The notes under the pieces are model-generated. The model ran no database searches, was not told where the DNA came from, and saw nothing but the letters and a program-made list of their open reading frames with translations. The position numbers were made by a program, and so were the translations under genes. Below, in pieces: positions 57,823 to 64,000 of a stretch of 64,000 nucleotides of DNA. Position 1 is the first letter of the stretch. Each line of letters opens with the position of its first letter. The DNA is from Eledone cirrhosa (lineage: Eukaryota). Location: positions 50,158,001 through 50,222,000 of the forward strand of contig OZ024752.1 of assembly GCA_964016885.1 (NCBI GenBank). The letters are read 5' to 3'.

Positions 57823-57948
57823 TCATCATCATCGTTTAACGTCCATCTTCCATATACAAACAGATCTATCTGTTTATGTATATATATACACAGATCTATC
57901 TGTGTATATATATATATATATATAAACACATATCTATCTGTGTATATA

Positions 57949-58028
<80 letters not shown>

Positions 58029-58034
58029 TGTATC

Positions 58035-58081
<47 letters not shown>

Positions 58082-58142
58082 ACAGATCTATCTGTGTATA
58101 TATATATATATATATATAAACACATATCTATCTGTGTATATA

Positions 58143-58228
<86 letters not shown>

Positions 58229-58234
58229 TGTATC

Positions 58235-58271
<37 letters not shown>

Positions 58272-58322
58272 ACAGATCTATCTGTGTATATATATATATA
58301 TATATATAAACACAGATCTATC

Positions 58323-58375
<53 letters not shown>

Positions 58376-58876
58376 ACAGATCTATCTGTGTATATGTATA
58401 TATATACACAAACCTATCTGTGTGCATTACAAATTAGGTATTTCTATTCTAAAGTAATAAGTAACATACATAATATATTTATTTACCATTTATTTAGCTT
58501 TTTTAAAAACTCAAGTATAATTTTCTGCATCGGGGTAAACAGAAAACACTTATCCAATTTGTCTTCTACAAATTAAATCTCACATTTTCTAAATTACTTA
58601 CTTGTAAATAGCTGACTTCAATTCTATTGCAACACACCAGTAGCCAAACAAAGTTAACCAGAGAAGCTCTAATGAATTTAAACCCTGTTATTTCATAAAT
58701 TACATTTTCTTCACACATGTATATCTTATGTTTTCACAATTGATTCTACACCTTTTAAATGGTTTAAGTTTTATCACATTGATTAGCTTCAGATAAGATA
58801 ATTAAATTAAATTTTTAAAATGTCAGCTTTGAAATGCAAGAGTAATACAAAGTCTCTCTATTGTGTGTACATATAT

Positions 58877-58929
<53 letters not shown>

Positions 58930-58949
58930 TATGTATATATATATATATA

Positions 58950-59012
<63 letters not shown>

Positions 59013-59107
59013 TTATATATATATATATATATGTACATATATATATATATAAAAGCAAATGAATGAATGAAGAAGTAACAAGCCGTTAAAACAAGTTCTT
59101 TATATAA

Positions 59108-59145
59108 CTCTTACACATGTTTCACCACACGAGCTCCTCAGAGAA
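59108..59145 (-). ncRNA. Minimal type I hammerhead, weak stem II
   Basis: Minus strand reads TTCT-CTGAGGA-GCTCGTGTGGT-GAAAC-ATGT-GTA-AGAG. Confidence 0.6.
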
Positions 59146-59154
59146 ATAATTGAT

Positions 59155-59220
<66 letters not shown>

Positions 59221-59254
59221 GTATTTATATATGTGTATCACAGGTTCAACATAT

Positions 59255-59415
59255 TATTTTAAGTAGTTGGGTTTAATTTGATTTAATTGGAATAGTCAAA
59301 TATTAGCGATCCTAGACTGGTATGTTATACATCAATGAAACACATGTCAGAATTATGTTATAAATGTATTCCACTCTTCTGGATTGTGATAATAATTTTG
59401 TAAATTTTATATTAT
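59255..59415 (+). repeat. Second copy of the 930-1100 repeat
   Basis: TTTTAAGTAGTTGGGTTTAATTTG...GAAACACATGTCAGA. Confidence 0.8.
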
Positions 59416-59423
59416 ATATATGT

Positions 59424-59462
<39 letters not shown>

Positions 59463-59619
59463 GGGTTCAATCGGGGGTAACCGCAGTAAGTAAGGTACTC
59501 AATACATAGCAGATATAAATATCTAATATAGAAATGGCTTCTACAGGACTAGAACTGTTTCATTCAATGGAAAGCCGACTGCCAATGACCCCCACCCATC
59601 CCAATCACCACCTTCAGAT

Positions 59620-59671
59620 GGCTTTCCTAATGATTTCCTTTGAATGAAACAGTTCTAGTCCTGTAGAAGCC
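59620..59671 (+). ncRNA. Type I hammerhead, core mutated (CTAATGA), inverted partner of 59536-59576
   Basis: GGCTTTC-CTAATGA-TTTCCTTTGAAT-GAAACAGTTCTAGTCCTGTA-GAAGCC, the same family as 2467-2518. Confidence 0.72.
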
Positions 59672-59885
59672 ATTTCTATATTACATATATATTTATATCT
59701 GTATTTGGTCAATCAATGATAAACATTGATTGCCAAATAAATTAACTATGGAGATGTAAAAGATACAGAAGCGAAAACCAACCAAATAGTGAGTGTGTTC
59801 TGTTATTATTTCTGGCAATATTATAACAACATGACCCTCCCCAAGTATAACAATATATTTATATATATACATATATATATATATA

Positions 59886-60040
59886 TACCGTATTCCATAT
59901 TTGCCGGCCTCCAAGACACTACTTTTTCTCCTAAAATAAGTCTCAAAAATCTACCATGCGCCCTGGAGGCCGAAGGTTGTTTATTATTTTTTTTTTTTAT
60001 TTTTGGGCCAAAATTAGGGTGTGTCCTCGAGGACAAAGTG
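59886..60040. mobile_element. Second copy of the TACCGTA-terminated MITE
   Basis: Shares CAAAAATCTACCAT...CCTGGAGGCCGAAGGTTGTTTATT with 12408-12562. Confidence 0.65.
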
Positions 60041-61444
60041 TCTTTGGCGTTGGGAAATAGGGTATATAAAACTGAAAAACAATAATTTAACTCCAAATAA
60101 AATAAAATTTAACAAAGAATTATATTGAAAGAATTCTGTAATCTATATTATTATTTTACTTTTGAAATTTTCAAATTTTCAAATTTACTTTTCAAAAGTG
60201 AACCAAACTGTATGCTTGCCGATAATTTAAGATGTCTGTATCTGACCATGGAATTAAATATATTTATCTACTTTAGCAGGCATTGGATAATGTTAATTGT
60301 AATCACTGTTGTGATCATCATCATCATCATTGGTAAATGTTCAGCTCTATCATTAATAGTCTTAATTATCATTGTATAATTTAAATATCACTTTACACTA
60401 GCCACATAACCCCACACCCCAACTGAAATTTTATTTATATATATATAGAGAGAGAGAGAGAGAGATTTTTTTTTTTTTTTTGTAAAAGTTTCTGGAATTT
60501 CTTTAAAGAAAATCTTACAATCTATTTTTGTTCTGATTTTCTGTTTTCTTGATTTCTTTTTTTTTGTTTTGTTTCGTTTCTTAACTTTTGATATTTTCAA
60601 TTATTTTCTGTCTTTTAATTGAGTAAAGATCTAAGAGAAGGGTCTTGTAATTAGTACTTCTGAAGTGAATTGACCATTGACATGGAATTATGGTGAATTA
60701 CTGACAAGTACCGATTAGATAAATAAGCAATTAATCCATCGTTTAACTGAATGCATAATTATAAAGGATTTATAAAAATCACAAGACGACGAGAAAGATT
60801 TGAAATGGTTTCATCTTCTCTCATTCTTTTCCCTTTTATTTTATTCAATTTTTTTGCTGCCGTTTTTTTTTTTTTTAGTTCTAACTTCCCTCCTCACCCC
60901 ACTCCTCCTATACTTCTTAGTTCTACATACATTTTAGATCTAGTGTTATAACTAAGATGACAGTTCAAGAATACAGGTAATCACTATATTCCTCACAAAC
61001 AGACATCCGCACACTGACAAGACGATCAACAATCTATAGATTCCATTTTATGTCAACTAGAGCGAAAATCTCTATGTCATTATGACATTCTTTTCTCCTC
61101 TCTAAAACCAACTTTTATATCACTGTCTTGTTTTTGTTTTTTGTTTTTATGGGGTTTTTTTGGGGGGGGGGGGTTATGGAGAGGCGGAGGAATTTTTTCA
61201 AGTGTTAATTGAAATATTTTTTTTTTTTACAATAAAATCCTATTTTTTAATTAAAGACTAGAACCATAGCAAATTCTAGAATCAGTAAAATCTAGAATCC
61301 TGGCAAAATCTCTATTTTTTTTGTTGTTTTTTTTTGCTTTGTATTTTTTCAATTATATATATATTTATTTAAGTGAATAAATTAGTTAACTGTACCAGCT
61401 ACTAGAAGTAATAATATGGATTTGTTTATTTATATTATTATTAA

Positions 61445-61546
61445 TCCTGCCGAGGTTAACTTTGCCTTTCATCTTTATAGGGTCGATAAAATAAAGTACC
61501 AGTAATACACTGGTTAATTGCTGTCCTTGTGCCAAAAGTAGAAACA

Positions 61547-61589
<43 letters not shown>

Positions 61590-61711
61590 TTATTAGGTCA
61601 GTGGATTGGCAGTAATCGGTAGAGCATCGGACAACATGCTTTGAGGCATAGAGCTACGTCCCTTTACGTTATGAGTTCAAATCCCGCCAAGGTTAACTTT
61701 GCCTTTCATCC
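61445..61711 (+). mobile_element. Two SINE fragments (3' half, then 5' half) around an (ATT)n tract
   Basis: Match the family consensus. Confidence 0.85.
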
Positions 61712-61714
61712 AAT

Positions 61715-61960
61715 CGTTGAATCGTTGGACAGATGATTTTATGAGCAAATCCCAACTGGTAGGAGAGCCAGGGGTAGACCCTCCCCGAGCAAGATGGTTG
61801 GATAACATCCATGAGCTCGGCTGGTTTCACTTGGGGGGGAGGGGAGGGGGGGGGAATCCAGCCAGATCAGTTGGATGCGGTTGCTTCTGATAGGACCTAC
61901 TGGAAGGGGGGGGGCTTGAGGAGTCTGCACCCCACGACCCTCTCGGGAATAAGTGGGTGG
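61715..61960 (+). mobile_element. Decayed 3' end of a further RTE-like LINE
   Basis: PRARWLDNIHELGW and IQPDQLDAVASDRTYW occur across frames, resembling RTE C-termini. Confidence 0.5.
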
Positions 61961-62325
61961 AGGAGGAGGAGTGGGAGGTGGAGGTGGAGGAGGAGGAATG
62001 GGAGGTGGAGGTGGAGGAGGAGGAGAAGAAGAAGAACTTTAAACAGGTACACATTGTTGATAATGCTGTTTATGGTCTTATAAAAGAATGTCATGCGTTA
62101 CCATCTTAATCAGTTTCTCTACATTTGTCTACAGAGATATTTTCTTAACGAGAGGTTTTAGCTTAATTGAATTAGATTTAATTGAAACAATGGAAAGCAA
62201 AAGAAGAACAAAAGGTTTTCTAGGATATTTCTAAATGAGAAAGTAAATAGAATATAGAATGGAAATTGAAAATGTAAATCTTAGAGGAGTGTCAAGTAGC
62301 AAACTAATATATATATATGTGTGTG

Positions 62326-62358
<33 letters not shown>

Positions 62359-62407
62359 GTATGTATGTATATATATATATATATGTATGTATATATATAT
62401 ATATATG

Positions 62408-62444
<37 letters not shown>

Positions 62445-62547
62445 ATGTATATATGTATATATGTATATATGTATATATATATATATGTATATATGTATAT
62501 ACATATATATATATGTATATATGTATATATATATATATATTTGTATA

Positions 62548-62593
<46 letters not shown>

Positions 62594-62599
62594 AATATG

Positions 62600-62640
<41 letters not shown>

Positions 62641-62695
62641 GTATATATATGTATATATGTATATATATATATATGTATATATGTATATATATATC

Positions 62696-62738
<43 letters not shown>

Positions 62739-62769
62739 ATATATGTATATATATATATATGTATATATG

Positions 62770-62806
<37 letters not shown>

Positions 62807-62859
62807 GTATATATATATATATGTATATATATATATGTATATATATATATATGTATATA

Positions 62860-62968
62860 TCATCATCATCATCGTTTAATGTCCATCTTCCACACTACCA
62901 TGGATTAGACGGTTTTGTTCCATTTGATGCGGGAATGATTGGGAGACCATCTCTTGCTCGTACGGAAG
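62860..62968 (-). mobile_element. RTE family A-like terminal fragment in (TA)n
   Basis: CATCATCGTTTAATGTCCATCTTCCACACTACCATGGATTAGACGG. Confidence 0.75.
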
Positions 62969-63028
62969 TGTATATACACACACACATATATATATATATA
63001 GAGAGAGAGAGAGATATATGTATATATG

Positions 63029-63068
<40 letters not shown>

Positions 63069-63072
63069 TATT

Positions 63073-63118
<46 letters not shown>

Positions 63119-63151
63119 AGAGAGAGAGATATATGTATATATGTATATATG

Positions 63152-63301
<150 letters not shown>

Positions 63302-63317
63302 TATATCTATCTATCTA

Positions 63318-63351
<34 letters not shown>

Positions 63352-63581
63352 CATCGACACACACACACACTATACATTTAGTAGGCATCTCTTAACCACT
63401 ATACCCCCTTCCATACACCTCTCACACCCCAACAGACACCCACCCACTTCTGTCCATACCACCCTTATATGGTAAAGTTATGTCTGTATCAGCTATTATC
63501 ATATGACTTACATGAAAACTGGAATATTAGCAGTAAACCCGCAATGTCCCCATGATATGAGTGTATTCTTTATAACCACCA

Positions 63582-63783
63582 TTGGTGGAGTGTAGAACAA
63601 TATGATTTACAACATATAGTTACATCCCTTTGCATTCTGAGTTCAAAATCCACCCAGATTAGCTTTGCTTTTCCTCCTTACAAGATCGATAAAATAAAGT
63701 ACCAGTAATGCACTGGGATCTATTTAATTGACTTTTCCTTCCCCCAAAATTATTGGTCTTATGCCTAAACTAGAAACCATTAT
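63582..63783 (+). mobile_element. SINE, main family (diverged)
   Basis: GAGTTCAAAATCC...GATCGATAAAATAAAGTACCAGTAATGCACTGG. Confidence 0.8.
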
Positions 63784-64000
63784 AACCATCATCACCAGTT
63801 TTAGACAAACACTAATAAATGTTAGAAATAATTGTACAGATTAATAAATTTTAGTTTTGGAAATACCAAAAATTTGTTTTGAAAGGACAAAAGCAAAAAA
63901 AAATGTCTTTAGAATTCATTTTTCTAGTTTTATTCCATTCATGGTGGGTTTCTTTTTGTAAGATTTTTATATTAAAATTTAGTCAATGTTTTCAGTGATA

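Overview
AT-rich, repeat-saturated eukaryotic DNA. The SINE, RTE and microsatellite content suggests an octopus or other cephalopod (inference). No host gene could be supported, and nearly all ORFs in the track are microsatellite translations. The only real coding sequence is a 5'-truncated RTE-clade LINE reverse transcriptase (29531-31351) with a C4HC3 PHD-type finger inside it. The rest is short RTE 3' ends, tRNA-derived SINEs, TTAA-flanked piggyBac-type MITEs (one has produced a 60-bp satellite) and a satellite block at about 43-56 kb. The main hidden signal is non-coding. There are at least 8 full-length, sequence-diverse type I hammerhead ribozyme folds: 6 keep the CUGANGA and GAAA core nucleotides and 2 have core mutations. 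Several half-hammerheads also occur. Many sit beside (TA)n tracts, are followed 30-60 nt downstream by a shared GTATTGAGTAC-like motif, and some lie inside fold-back palindromes, one of which pivots on the ribozyme's stem II. This looks like a family of small Penelope-like or retrozyme-type self-cleaving elements. All folds were read by eye and activity is untested.
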